Below, in pieces: positions 37,857 through 48,117 of a stretch of 64,000 nt of DNA. Below the pieces are notes generated by a model. The model saw only the letters and a list, made by a program, of their open reading frames with translations. It searched no databases and was not told the DNA's origin. The translations under genes and the position numbers were made by a program. The number at the start of each line of letters is the position of its first letter. Position 1 is the first letter of the stretch. Origin of the DNA: Planctomycetota bacterium (GTDB lineage: Bacteria; Planctomycetota; MHYJ01; WSZJ01). The stretch lies in NCBI GenBank assembly GCA_038060895.1, contig JBBTCT010000022.1:224001-288000 (forward strand). Reading direction: 5' to 3'.

Positions 37857-39071
37857 ATGCCTGAAAACCGCTTCCACGAACTTCTGGGCCTCCCAGAAGA
37901 GGTCTCCGACCCGGACTATTACCAGCTCCTGGGCGTGCCACGCTCCGAGAATGACGCCGCCGCAATCGAGGCGTGCTTCAAGGAGAAGATGACGCATGTC
38001 CAGCACATCGAGAACCCGCGCCACAAGGAGTTTCTCGAGTTTCTCAAGGGGGAGCTGAAGCGCGCCCGGTCGATCCTGACCGACGAAGAGCGGCGCGGCG
38101 AGTACGACCGCGAGCTGGCGGAGGAGCGCGGCGACGAGCTTCGGAAGGTGCTGTCGCACATGCTCGTGGACGGGACGCTGAGCTCGATCGCCGAGGTGTC
38201 GGTCTTCCGCGAGGGTCACAATCTCGGGCTGAGCGGCGAGTTCGTGAAGCAGGTCGTGGACGAGGAGTTGAAGAAGGCGGGGGCGCGCCGCGTCTCGGTC
38301 GCGACGGGGACCAACGGGCACCAGACGCAGGTCCTCATGAACCAGAAGGCGCAGGAAGTCGCGCGCCAGATGCAGGAAGCCCGCATGGCGGCGCGCATCG
38401 CCGACACGCGCGCGAAGATCGCGGAGACGCACCAGAAGAAGGCCGAGGAGCAGGTGCAGGTCGTGCTGCAGAAGGCCCGCGTGGCCGAGGTCCAGAAGAA
38501 GCAGGCCGTCGAACTGGCGCAGGAAACCCGCGAACGCGCGCGGCAGGCCGAGATCCACAAGATGCGCGCCGAACAGAAGGTCCAGGCCGTCACGCAGAAG
38601 GCCCGCGAAGCCGAGACGCTCGCGCGCAAGGCGATTACCCGTGAGCACCTCGCCGCCGCCCGCCACAAGATGTCCGAACAGGAACGCAAGCAGCTCGAAG
38701 CCGGCATGAAGGAGGCGGAGACCCGCTTCCAGGCCTACGTCGAAGCCTCCAACGAAGAACTTGAGTCGGTCCGTGAGAAAGGCATGGCAGGGCGGCGCCT
38801 CACGATGTGCTACGCCCTCCTCAGCATGTCGCTCGTCGCCGGCGCCGCGCTGCCTAAATACGTGCCGGGCGCCGCTTCCGCCATCACGAAACTGCTCGAA
38901 CCCTATGTCTCCAGGGTCAGCGGCATTCCGCACGCGGCCCTGCCGCTCATCGCCATCGCAATCCTGCTCCCGACGCTTCATTGGCTGGCAGGGACGCGGG
39001 CCACCGGGTTCTTCGCGCCGCTGCTGGTTATCCTCGCGCTGGCCGTCGCGGCGGGCGTGCTGCGGGGATAG
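37857..39071 (+). CDS. J-domain-like (no HPD) coiled-coil membrane protein
   Basis: PDYYQLLGV..ARSILTDEERRGEYD J-like ends; long coiled coil; C-terminal TMs. Confidence 0.75.
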   Translation: MPENRFHELLGLPEEVSDPDYYQLLGVPRSENDAAAIEACFKEKMTHVQHIENPRHKEFLEFLKGELKRARSILTDEERRGEYDRELAEERGDELRKVLSHMLVDGTLSSIAEVSVFREGHNLGLSGEFVKQVVDEELKKAGARRVSVATGTNGHQTQVLMNQKAQEVARQMQEARMAARIADTRAKIAETHQKKAEEQVQVVLQKARVAEVQKKQAVELAQETRERARQAEIHKMRAEQKVQAVTQKAREAETLARKAITREHLAAARHKMSEQERKQLEAGMKEAETRFQAYVEASNEELESVREKGMAGRRLTMCYALLSMSLVAGAALPKYVPGAASAITKLLEPYVSRVSGIPHAALPLIAIAILLPTLHWLAGTRATGFFAPLLVILALAVAAGVLRG

Positions 39072-39157
39072 TGGCTGTCGGGAACGGAATTGAATGTAGC
39101 CGCGCCCGGCGAAGGATTGCAGGATTCCGCCCCTTAACCCATTCAGGGGAAACCGCC

Positions 39158-39567
39158 ATGAAGTTCCGCAACGCTCTCCCGCTCCTCGCCTCGTTTGCCC
39201 TTCTCGCTGGCTGCGCCTCGAACGGCGAGGGCACCGCCGACACTTCCGGCAAACCCGGCGCCTTCCACGTCCGGGGCGACCAGGTTGAAGCCTGCGAGTG
39301 CGACTCAGTCTGCCCGTGCATCTTCGAAAAAGATGTCACCCACGAACAGTGCCAGGGCTGGCTCGCCCTCGCGATCCGGGAAGGCAGCTACGAGGGGACG
39401 GACCTCGCGGGCGTCACCTGCGCGATCGCCCTGCTGAAGACCGAGAAAAACCTGGGCAAGTCGATGGGCAAGTTGCGGACAGCAACACGCTCAGCGACGG
39501 CCCGGTGAAGTGGGATTTCAAGGGTCGCAACGGCGGGTACGGCGGCTTCGAATTCAAGAGCAAGTAG
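39158..39567 (+). pseudogene. DUF1326-family lipoprotein with internal deletion and frameshift
   Basis: EACECDSVCPC..CQG..I.EG.Y.GTDLAG N-terminus; WDFKGRNG C-terminus in another frame after GGGCAAG. Confidence 0.7.
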
Positions 39568-39576
39568 CAGAGTCCC

Positions 39577-39609
39577 GGGAGCCCGGCGAAAACGCCGGGC
39601 TCCCTTTGT
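39577..39609 (+). terminator. Rho-independent terminator
   Basis: 12-bp stem GGGAGCCCGGCG-AAAA-CGCCGGGCTCCC followed by TTTGT. Confidence 0.7.
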
Positions 39610-39631
39610 CTACGGACCACCCGGAGGTCCC

Positions 39632-39898
39632 ATGCCCCTCTACGACTCCGTCCTCCAGCTCATCGGCCGCACGCCGCTTGTCCGCCTCGCGCGCGTCGGC
39701 GCGGGATGCCCGGCGCGCGTCTGCGGCGTCGGAACAGGCGGCACACTGACCGGCGCCGGGCGCTTCCTCAAGGAGCGCAAGCCGGCGCTTCGCGTCGTCC
39801 TGGCCGACCCGGTGGGGTCGACGCTGTCCGGCGGGGCTTCGGGGACCTACTTGCAGGGGCAATCGGCGACCCAAGACCCGAATCCGCATCGTCCTTAA
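39632..39898 (+). pseudogene. Cysteine synthase / cystathionine beta-synthase remnant
   Basis: IGRTPLVRL joined directly to CGVGTGGTLTGAGRFLKE..ADPVGS; the PLP-lysine region and C-terminus are missing. Confidence 0.8.
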
Positions 39899-40017
39899 CG
39901 AAGAGTCGCTAGAATCCCACCCCCTTCAGGGGGTAGGGGGTAGTAAAGGCCCTGCGTAGCCGGTTTTTCCTACCCACTACCTCCTGCCACTGCCGTCCCC
40001 GCTTCCAGGAACCCACG

Positions 40018-40977
40018 ATGAGTCCCAAAGACGATTCGGAACGCAATACGTTCCGCCGCATCCACAGCGACCTCGTCGATGATTTCGACGAAGAGCTCGA
40101 GCTGGAATCCGAGGACTACGAGCCCGGGGACATTCCGGCGAAGGGGATTTCCGACGCCGAGCGCGTCCTGCGCCGCCGTTATTTCAAGGAGCTCTTCCGG
40201 CTCCAGTCCGACCTGATCAAGATGCAGGACTGGATCGTGCACAAGGGGCTGAAGCTGGTGATTCTCTTTGAAGGGCGCGACGCGGCCGGCAAGGGAGGGC
40301 TGATCAAGCGGATCACGCAGCGCCTGAACCCGCGCGCCCTTCGCGTCGCGGCCCTGCCGGCGCCGACGGACCGGCAGCGGTCGCAGTGGTACTTCCAGCG
40401 CTACGTGGAACACCTGCCGGCGGCGGGCGAAATGGTGCTCTTCGACCGCAGCTGGTACAACCGCGCCGGCGTGGAAAAAGTGATGGGGTTCTGCACGGCG
40501 GCGGAGCTCGAGGAGTTCTACCGGTCGGTGCCGGAATTCGAAAAGATGCTCGTGCGGTCGGGGATCCAGCTCATCAAGTACTGGTTCTCGATCAGCGACG
40601 AAGAGCAGGAGTTCCGGTTCATGTGCCGGACGATGGACCCGATGAAGCAGTGGAAGCTCTCCAAGATGGACCTCGAGTCGCGCCGGCGGTGGGAGGACTA
40701 CACGAAGGCGAAGGAGATGATGCTCGAGCGCACGCACATCCCGGAGGCGCCCTGGTGGGTGGTGATGGCCAACGACAAGAAGCGCGCGCGGCTGAACTGC
40801 ATCCACCACCTGTTGAGCCAGGTGAAGTTCCAGGAAGTGCCGCACACGCCGCTGACGCTGCCGAAGAGGGAGCACCGGGAGGACTACCACCGGAATCCGG
40901 TGCCGAAGAGCATGATCGTCCCGGACGTTTACGGAGAACCCGGAAGTCCTTCGGGTCAGGCTCCGACGGCCGAATGA
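40018..40977 (+). CDS. ppk2: Polyphosphate kinase 2
   Basis: FEGRDAAGKGG, QWYFQRY, FDRSWYNRAGVE, WKLS, DKKRARLN. Confidence 0.95.
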   Translation: MSPKDDSERNTFRRIHSDLVDDFDEELELESEDYEPGDIPAKGISDAERVLRRRYFKELFRLQSDLIKMQDWIVHKGLKLVILFEGRDAAGKGGLIKRITQRLNPRALRVAALPAPTDRQRSQWYFQRYVEHLPAAGEMVLFDRSWYNRAGVEKVMGFCTAAELEEFYRSVPEFEKMLVRSGIQLIKYWFSISDEEQEFRFMCRTMDPMKQWKLSKMDLESRRRWEDYTKAKEMMLERTHIPEAPWWVVMANDKKRARLNCIHHLLSQVKFQEVPHTPLTLPKREHREDYHRNPVPKSMIVPDVYGEPGSPSGQAPTAE

Positions 40978-42827
40978 CTCGCGCTGCCGCTCCCGGAGTT
41001 CTCCTCCTGCTGGCCACCTTCGCCTCCGCCCAGACGACGACGGTCCGCGACGCGGACGGGTTCCGGCAGGCGGTGAGGACGGCGAAGCCGGGCGCGAAGA
41101 TCCTCCTTGCGGCAGGGGAGTACGGCGGAGGTTTTTATTTCGAGAACGTGAAGGGCGAATCCGGGAAGCCTGTGACCATCGCCGCCGCGGACCCCGCGCA
41201 CCCGCCCGAGTTCACCGGCGGCGCTTCCGCGATGCACTTCACGGACGCCTGCCACCTCGAGCTGCGCGACGTCACGGTGAAAGGCTCAACCGCCAACGGC
41301 CTCAACTTCGACGACGGCGGCACGTTCGACACGACGTCGCACCACCTAGTCCTCCGCGGGATCAGGGTCACCGACGTCGGCGCGAGAGGCAACGAGGACG
41401 GACTGAAGATGTCGGGCATCCAGGATTTCCGCGTCGAAGACTGCTCGTTCGAGCGCTGGGGCGCGAACGGATCGGGGATCGACATGGTCGGGTGCGTGCG
41501 GGGCGTGATCGAAAATTGCCGCTTCAGCCACCCGGGAGGCTCCAACGGCGTGCAGATGAAGGGGGCCAGCGCCTCCGTATCGGTCCGCAGGTGCCGCTTC
41601 GAGGACGCCGGCTCGCGCGCGATCAACATCGGCGGCAGCACCGGCCTCCCGTTCTTCCGGCCGCCGCTCAAGGAGCCGCCGTTTGCGGAAGCGCGGGACA
41701 TCACGGTCGAAGGAAACACGTTCACGGGGTCGGACTGCCCGGTGGCGTTCGTCGGCGTGGACGGCGCCGTGGTCCGCTACAACACGATCTACCGCCCGCG
41801 GCGCTGGGCGATGCGCATCCTGCAGGAGACGACGGCGGACGGATTCGTGCCGTGCCGCAACGGCGAGTTCAGCCGGAACATCGTAGTTTTCCGGAGCGAC
41901 GCGTGGTCGGAGGGCGGGGTCAATGCAGGCTCCGGGACGGAGCCGTCGAGCTTCAAGTTCGAGGGAAACGCCTGGTTCTGCCTCGACGCCCCGGCGCGGT
42001 CGAAACCCAAACTGCCGGCGGAAGAGATCAAGGGGTTGTACGGGACCGACCCGATGTTCGAGGATCCTGAGAAGGGTGACTTGCGCGTGAGGGCGGCGAG
42101 CCCCATCCGCGACGCGGGGGCTGAGGCGCTTCAGGACTCGCCGGTCGTCTGGCTCGACGATGCGAAAACGGTGAAGATGGAATTCCGCCGCATCAAGGCC
42201 GGGAAGTTCACGATGGGTGCGAAGGAAGGCGCGGACGAAAAGCGGCTGCCGCATTCGGTGACGCTGACGCGGGATTTCCTGATGCAGACCACAGAGGTGA
42301 CGCAGGCGCAGTTCGAGGCGCTGATGGGGTCGAATCCGTCGAAATCGAAAGGCAAGGACCTGCCCGTGGAGCACGTGACGTGGGATGAGTGCCAGGAATT
42401 CGTCGAGAAGCTGAACGTACGCCTCGCAGGATGGGTCGCAAGCCTTCCGACCGAGGCGGAGTGGGAATACGCCTGTGGCGCGGGGTCTGCCGGGAGATGG
42501 GGCAGCGGGAACGACGCGAAACAGCTCCTCGATTACGCCTGGCTCGAGCCGAACTCGGGCGGCAAGACGCACCCGGTCGCGCAGAAGAAGCCGAACGCCT
42601 GGGGACTCCACGACATGCACGGCAACGCGTGGGAGTGGTGCGCCGACTGGTACGGCCCCTTCCGCGGCGACGAAATCGACCCCAAAGGCCCCGAAACCGG
42701 CGTCGCACGCTGCCTGCGCGGCGGGAGCTGGACCAGCCTCGCTACCCACGCGCGGTCGGCCCACAGCCTGTGGTGCGCGCCGGACTACCGAATGGAAGAA
42801 GCGGGGTTCCGGGTGCTCCTCAAATAG
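40974..42827 (+). CDS. Secreted right-handed beta-helix protein fused to an FGE-sulfatase domain
   Basis: Signal peptide; parallel beta-helix repeats (GIDMVGC, GVQMKG, INIGGSTG); LPTEAEWEYAC, PNAWGLHDMHGNAWEWC. Confidence 0.85.
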   Translation: MTRAAAPGVLLLLATFASAQTTTVRDADGFRQAVRTAKPGAKILLAAGEYGGGFYFENVKGESGKPVTIAAADPAHPPEFTGGASAMHFTDACHLELRDVTVKGSTANGLNFDDGGTFDTTSHHLVLRGIRVTDVGARGNEDGLKMSGIQDFRVEDCSFERWGANGSGIDMVGCVRGVIENCRFSHPGGSNGVQMKGASASVSVRRCRFEDAGSRAINIGGSTGLPFFRPPLKEPPFAEARDITVEGNTFTGSDCPVAFVGVDGAVVRYNTIYRPRRWAMRILQETTADGFVPCRNGEFSRNIVVFRSDAWSEGGVNAGSGTEPSSFKFEGNAWFCLDAPARSKPKLPAEEIKGLYGTDPMFEDPEKGDLRVRAASPIRDAGAEALQDSPVVWLDDAKTVKMEFRRIKAGKFTMGAKEGADEKRLPHSVTLTRDFLMQTTEVTQAQFEALMGSNPSKSKGKDLPVEHVTWDECQEFVEKLNVRLAGWVASLPTEAEWEYACGAGSAGRWGSGNDAKQLLDYAWLEPNSGGKTHPVAQKKPNAWGLHDMHGNAWEWCADWYGPFRGDEIDPKGPETGVARCLRGGSWTSLATHARSAHSLWCAPDYRMEEAGFRVLLK

Positions 42828-43126
42828 ACATCATTTCTCCGGTGACCACTCCACCGGCGTTTTCACCGCTTCCTTGATCGCGTCCCACTCCTTCGGCGTC
42901 ATGTTCATGCGCTCGGCGCGGCTTGTCGTTTCGCGAATTTGGCAAAGCCGTCCGCCGGCATGATCGAGTTAGACGGAGTGCATCCCGATGAAGAGATCCT
43001 CGCCCAGGCCGCGCTCGCCGGCGAAGGCAAGGGTGCGTGCCTTGAAGGCGCGCTCAAGTTCCTTGGCGGAAAATGAACCGGGCATGACGTCCCGCAGCGA
43101 ATGAGCCGTGCTACGATCCGCCCGCG

Positions 43127-43963
43127 ATGACCATGCTGCGCGTCATGACGTACAACATCCTCGAGGGCGCGAACGACCGCCTCGACGTGGTCGCCTCGGT
43201 CGTGCGCGCGGCGGACCCGGACGTGCTCGGCGTCACCGAGGCGAACGGGTTCGAGGACCCGAAGCGGCTGAAGGAAGTCGAGAAGGCGTTCGGGATGAAG
43301 GGTGTCGTGGGGCATGCGAAGAGCGGTTTCCACGTCGCAATTTTCACGAAGCCGGCGTGGACCGTCGAGGCCAGCGGGTCCGAGTTCTACCCGTTTTTTC
43401 ACGCGGCGCTCTGGGCGAAGCTGCGGTTCGACAAGGACCGCCACTTCACCGCCGTCGTCGCCCACCTCAATCCGTTCAGCCCGGATGAGCGCCTCGCGGA
43501 AGTCCGGGCCCTGTGCCGTCACGCGGCGCCCAAGGAGCGCGCCGTCCTGATGGGAGACTTCAACTGCATGGCTCCCGGAGACGAGATCGACCAGAGCGTC
43601 CTCGAACTCCCGCGCAACATCCTGGCGCGCTTCATCAAGGAGGCCGGCGACCCCGTCGAGTTCGACCGCCGCGAGATCGCGCTCGCCGAGTGGGCGGGGT
43701 TCGTGGACGTTTACCGGAAAATGGTCCCGAAGAAACCGGGGTGGACGCTCATGACGACGCGGTTCGGCGCGGCGCTCCGGTCGCGAATGCGCATCGACTA
43801 CATGCTGGCGACTCCGGGGATGTCGAAGCGCGCGACTTCGTCGGAGGTCATCGAGACGAACGAGTCGCGGCGCGCGAGCGACCACTACCCGCTGATGGCG
43901 ACGTTCGACATGCGCGGGATGGGGACGGGGAAGTCGGAAAAGTGGATACCGCTTGAAAAGTAG
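43127..43963 (+). CDS. Endonuclease/exonuclease/phosphatase family protein
   Basis: MTYNI, GVTE, MGDFN, RIDY, ASDHYP. Confidence 0.9.
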   Translation: MTMLRVMTYNILEGANDRLDVVASVVRAADPDVLGVTEANGFEDPKRLKEVEKAFGMKGVVGHAKSGFHVAIFTKPAWTVEASGSEFYPFFHAALWAKLRFDKDRHFTAVVAHLNPFSPDERLAEVRALCRHAAPKERAVLMGDFNCMAPGDEIDQSVLELPRNILARFIKEAGDPVEFDRREIALAEWAGFVDVYRKMVPKKPGWTLMTTRFGAALRSRMRIDYMLATPGMSKRATSSEVIETNESRRASDHYPLMATFDMRGMGTGKSEKWIPLEK

Positions 43964-43996
43964 AGGCTTGCCATCCTGGAGGAAAGGCGGTAGCCC

Positions 43997-46108
43997 ATGA
44001 GACTTCATGGAACATTCACGGCGCTCGCGCTCATCGCCTTCGTCGCCGGCTGCGGGGGAAGCGCCGACCATGCCGACCCGGGGGAAACGGACTTGAGCGC
44101 GGACCCGCATCTCTGGCTTGAAGACGTCTACGGCGAGAAAGCGCTCGATTGGGTGCGCGCGCAGAACGCCGTGAGCCAGAAGGAGCTCGAGGCGCTGCCG
44201 GAATTCGAGCCGACGCGGAAGCGGCTTCTGGCGATCTACGATTCGCGGGAGCGGATTCCGCACGTGGGGAAGCGGGGGAAGTGGTTCTACAACTTCTGGC
44301 GCGATGCGAAGAACGTGCGCGGCGTGTGGCGGCGGACGACGCTGGACGAGTACCGCAAGGCGGCGCCGGCGTGGGAGACGGTGATCGACGTCGACCAGCT
44401 CGCGGCCGCGGAGAACGAGAATTGGGTCTGGCAGGGGACGCACTTCCTCGAGCCGGGTTGGGAGCGCTGCATGGTCCAGCTCTCGCGCGGCGGGCTGGAC
44501 GCGAGCGTGTGGCGCGAGTTTGACGTCGTGAAGAAGGAATTCGTGGCTGGCGGGTTCGCGGTGCCGGAGGCGAAGAGCTGGGTCGCGTGGCGCGACATCG
44601 ACACGATCTACGTCGGGACCGATTTCGGCCCGGGGTCAATGACGACATCCGGGTACACGCGCATCGGCAAGGAGTGGAAGCGCGGGACGCCGCTGGCGGA
44701 GGCGCGGACGGTCTTTGAGGGGACGGTGGACGACGTCAACGCGGACATCACGGTCATCCACGATCACGGCCGCACGTACGAGCTGGCGTCGCGCTCGCCG
44801 ACGTTTTTCACGGACGAGATGTTCGTGCGCCGGGGGGACGAGTTCGTGCGCATCGAGAAGCCGGCTGACACCCGACTCCGCTTCTTCGGCGACGCGGCGC
44901 TGTTCGAGCCGCGCACGGACTGGACCGTCGGCGGGAAGACGTGGCCCGCCGGCACGCTCCTTTCGACGGACTTCGACTCCTGGATGAGGGGCGAACGCAA
45001 CCTCGTCCCCGTCTTCGAGCCCACGGCGCGCGCTTCGCTGAGCAGCATCCATTCGACGAAGAGCTGCCTGATCCTGAACATCCTCGAGAATGTCCGCAGC
45101 CGCCCCGTTCTTCTGCACCTTGAAAAGGGAGCCTGGAAACGCACGCCCCTCGAGGTGCCGGAGATCGGCGTCGTGGGCGCGCACGGCGTTGACCCGGACG
45201 AGAACGACGACTACTTCCTGGACGTGACCAGCTTCCTCACGCCGTCCAGCCTGTGGATGGGGACCGTCGGGAAACCGGGGCGCGAAAAGTTGAAGAGTCT
45301 CCCGGAGTATTTCGAGGCCGACGGTCTCGAGATCCAGCAGTTCGAGGTCAAGTCGAAGGACGGCACGCGCGTCCCGTACTTCCAGGTCAGCCGCAAGGGC
45401 CTCGCGCTCGACGGCTCGAATCCCACCCTTCTCTACGGCTACGGCGGCTTCGAAATCTCCATGCTCCCTTCCTACAACTCCGGCCTCGGAGCCTCCTGGC
45501 TCGAGCGCGGCGGCGTCTACGTCCTTTCCAACATCCGCGGCGGCGGCGAGTTCGGCCCCGCGTGGCACAACGCCGTGCGAAAGGAGAACCGGCAGCTCGC
45601 CTACGACGACTTCATCGCGATCGCCGAGGACCTCATCGCGCGCAAGGTCTCATCCCCGCGCCACCTCGGCATCTCAGGCCGCTCGAACGGCGGCCTCCTC
45701 ATGGGCGCCATTCTCACCCAGCGCCCGGAACTCTTCCGCGCCGTCGTCTGCGGGAATCCGCTTCTCGACATGAAGCGTTACCACAAGCTGCTGGCCGGCG
45801 CGAGCTGGATGGACGAGTACGGCGACCCCGACAAGCCGGAGGAGTGGGCGTACATTTCGAAGTTCTCGCCGTACCAGAACCTGCGCAAGGAGCGGACGTA
45901 CCCGCGCGTGCTGTTCACGACGTCGACGAGGGACGACCGCGTCCACCCCGGCCACGCGAGGAAGATGTTCGCGCGCATGCAGGAGCAGGGCCATGACGCC
46001 CTCTACTACGAGAACATCGAGGGAGGGCACGGGTCGGCGGCGAACAACAAGCAGTCGGCCTTCATGGAAGCGCTGGCGTATGCGTTCCTGTGGAAGGAGC
46101 TGAAGTGA
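43997..46108 (+). CDS. Prolyl oligopeptidase (S9A), lipoprotein
   Basis: DPHLWLED, YGYGGF, NIRGGGEFG, GRSNGGLL, DDRVHPGH, GGHG. Confidence 0.95.
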   Translation: MRLHGTFTALALIAFVAGCGGSADHADPGETDLSADPHLWLEDVYGEKALDWVRAQNAVSQKELEALPEFEPTRKRLLAIYDSRERIPHVGKRGKWFYNFWRDAKNVRGVWRRTTLDEYRKAAPAWETVIDVDQLAAAENENWVWQGTHFLEPGWERCMVQLSRGGLDASVWREFDVVKKEFVAGGFAVPEAKSWVAWRDIDTIYVGTDFGPGSMTTSGYTRIGKEWKRGTPLAEARTVFEGTVDDVNADITVIHDHGRTYELASRSPTFFTDEMFVRRGDEFVRIEKPADTRLRFFGDAALFEPRTDWTVGGKTWPAGTLLSTDFDSWMRGERNLVPVFEPTARASLSSIHSTKSCLILNILENVRSRPVLLHLEKGAWKRTPLEVPEIGVVGAHGVDPDENDDYFLDVTSFLTPSSLWMGTVGKPGREKLKSLPEYFEADGLEIQQFEVKSKDGTRVPYFQVSRKGLALDGSNPTLLYGYGGFEISMLPSYNSGLGASWLERGGVYVLSNIRGGGEFGPAWHNAVRKENRQLAYDDFIAIAEDLIARKVSSPRHLGISGRSNGGLLMGAILTQRPELFRAVVCGNPLLDMKRYHKLLAGASWMDEYGDPDKPEEWAYISKFSPYQNLRKERTYPRVLFTTSTRDDRVHPGHARKMFARMQEQGHDALYYENIEGGHGSAANNKQSAFMEALAYAFLWKELK

Positions 46109-46127
46109 ATCGAGGCTGGTTGCAGCA

Positions 46128-46480
46128 GTGAGCACGAAGCCACAATTTCCATGTCCGTGTTGTGGATACGTCGTGTTTTTCGAGCGTCCGGGTAACTACG
46201 AAATTTGCCCGATCTGTTTCTGGGAAGACGACCTCGTTCAACTTCGTGACCCGCGGTTTCCAGGGGGCGCCAACAAATCCAGCCTGGTGGATGCGCAGCA
46301 GAACTGCATTTTGGAAGGTGCCATGGAATCCCGATTCAAGGGGAATGTCCGCAAGCCGCGACCTACCGACGAACAGGATCCGCATTGGCGGCCGGTCAAC
46401 CTCGAGAAGGACAACCTGGAGCAGTGCCTGCCTGAAGGGGTCTTCCCTGCCCGAGCTTCCGATTCGCCGGCGCGAGATTT
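46128..46480 (+). CDS. CPCC-family cysteine-rich protein (own stop codon absent; reads into the next gene)
   Basis: CPCCGY..YEICPICFWEDD..GGANK.SL..AQ.N. End is approximate. Confidence 0.7.
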
Positions 46481-46541
46481 CAGGTGTTCGACTGCCCCCG
46501 CCGCGGCATCATGCCTGCAACCTCTCAGCCGGAGAATTGCC

Positions 46542-47261
46542 ATGCGCGTTTGCCTCGTTCTCGCCTTCGTCGGCATCGCCGCTTCCCTCGCTGCCGCCCA
46601 GGACTCGAAGCCCGACGTCTCCGAAAACGCCTGGCTCGACTACGACGTCGCTTCGCTCAAGAACGGCGAGTGGGTGAAACTGAAACTCGACCGCGACGGG
46701 GAGAAGCCTCTGGAGTACCGGCTGTCGTGCGTGGGGCTGGAAGCGGAGGTGGTCTGGATCGAGGAGGACCGGACGACGGTGGAGTCGTTCCCGGGGACGG
46801 TGATCCTGTGCTCGGTGGGGTTGAAGGACCGGAAGGTGAAGCGCGCGTTCTGGGGGAAGCCGGGTGAGAAGGGCCGGGAGCTGAACCTGACGCGGCGGAT
46901 TTTGCCGGATCCGGGCAACGACGCGGCGAAGGGGACTGCGGAAGTGACCGCGGGCAAGGTGACGATCAAGGGAAAGGAGCACGTCACCGAGAAAATCGAA
47001 ATCAAGGTGGAGATCGAGGGGTTCGGCGCGCCGATCAAGACGAAGCAGGTGATCGTCCTTGCAGCCGAGATCCCATTCCCGCTGGCGATGGACGAGAAGG
47101 GCAACTGCCGCGCGAGCATTTCGGAGGGGAAGATCGAATGGAAGGGGAAGCCGACGTGGAAGGGCGGGGTGGTGACGCTTCAATTTGAGGGCGGAACGAA
47201 GTCGACGCTGTCGCTTGTGGACTGGGGGGCGGACGCGAAGGCGACGTTGTTCAAGCCCTAG
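46542..47261 (+). CDS. Secreted hypothetical protein
   Basis: GGAG RBS; MRVCLVLAFVGIAASLAAA signal peptide. Confidence 0.75.
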   Translation: MRVCLVLAFVGIAASLAAAQDSKPDVSENAWLDYDVASLKNGEWVKLKLDRDGEKPLEYRLSCVGLEAEVVWIEEDRTTVESFPGTVILCSVGLKDRKVKRAFWGKPGEKGRELNLTRRILPDPGNDAAKGTAEVTAGKVTIKGKEHVTEKIEIKVEIEGFGAPIKTKQVIVLAAEIPFPLAMDEKGNCRASISEGKIEWKGKPTWKGGVVTLQFEGGTKSTLSLVDWGADAKATLFKP

Positions 47262-48085
47262 CGCCCGAGCCTCTCGGAAGCATCCCACTCTTCTTCATTT
47301 TCCAGACCTGTCCTGTAGTCCGGATTCTCGACGAAGTGGCCGAGGTCCTGGTCCCAGAAGAACACCTTCCGGCAGGGGAACTCGGAAACCGGATCCCGGC
47401 GGATGATGCCTTCCTCACCTTCAATTGTGTCACCGTCGTCTTCTCCCTTGTCGACGACGGTTCCCGTGAGATCGAGGTCGTCGTACCCGTCGAGGTCGAT
47501 GTCGCGATAGCAGGGAGACAGCAGGCCCCCCTTGTAGGTGTACCGGTCGTCATGGTCGTCCACGGCGCGCGTCTCGAGGAGCAGCACCAGCTTCCGGCCG
47601 CGCAACTCGTACAGGTACAAGCCTCCGTTGCCCATGTGCGTCTGGCCGAAAACCTCGAACACCGGATTGGGGATTCCGTGCAGCGCCAGGGCCCGCATCT
47701 CCCGGACCGATTGCTCCCCGGGCTGGTTTTCGCACTCCGCCTGCCAGACAATGGCATCCTCCTCAACCCCGTACACCGTCATGAATCCCCACCACTGGCC
47801 TTCGTAGTCGCAAATGGCGCCGAGCAGATCGGGGTGCCCGGCGACCGGGACTGAAGTGATCGCGCGGAGTTCGGCCGACTCGTGTTTCAGGTTCCATGCG
47901 GCGATCGCGGCGTTGAAGCGGCCTGAATCGTCTCCCTCAGGGTCCTCCAGGCGGGGAGAGATTCCGGCCTCATCGGCGGATTTGCGCGACGAGAGCCGCC
48001 GGCATCCGGCGAGCAGAAGAGCGATCGCGACTGAGATCGTAAGGACTCTGATGGGGCACCTCGGGCTGTGAGCGACGCGCGGCAC
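47258..48085 (-). CDS. Putative lipoprotein
   Basis: LLLAGC lipobox; DIDLDGYDDL Ca-binding-like loop. Start uncertain. Confidence 0.65.
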   Translation of the reverse strand: MPRVAHSPRCPIRVLTISVAIALLLAGCRRLSSRKSADEAGISPRLEDPEGDDSGRFNAAIAAWNLKHESAELRAITSVPVAGHPDLLGAICDYEGQWWGFMTVYGVEEDAIVWQAECENQPGEQSVREMRALALHGIPNPVFEVFGQTHMGNGGLYLYELRGRKLVLLLETRAVDDHDDRYTYKGGLLSPCYRDIDLDGYDDLDLTGTVVDKGEDDGDTIEGEEGIIRRDPVSEFPCRKVFFWDQDLGHFVENPDYRTGLENEEEWDASERLGR

Positions 48086-48117
48086 TGCTATCGGCGCGCC
48101 GCCGACCCGGGCCGCAC

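Noticed and set aside
40386-40973. N-terminal extension of the 813-aa ORF
   Set aside because: Overlaps ppk2 out of frame; the likely start is the ATGA-coupled ATG at 40974 with a signal peptide.
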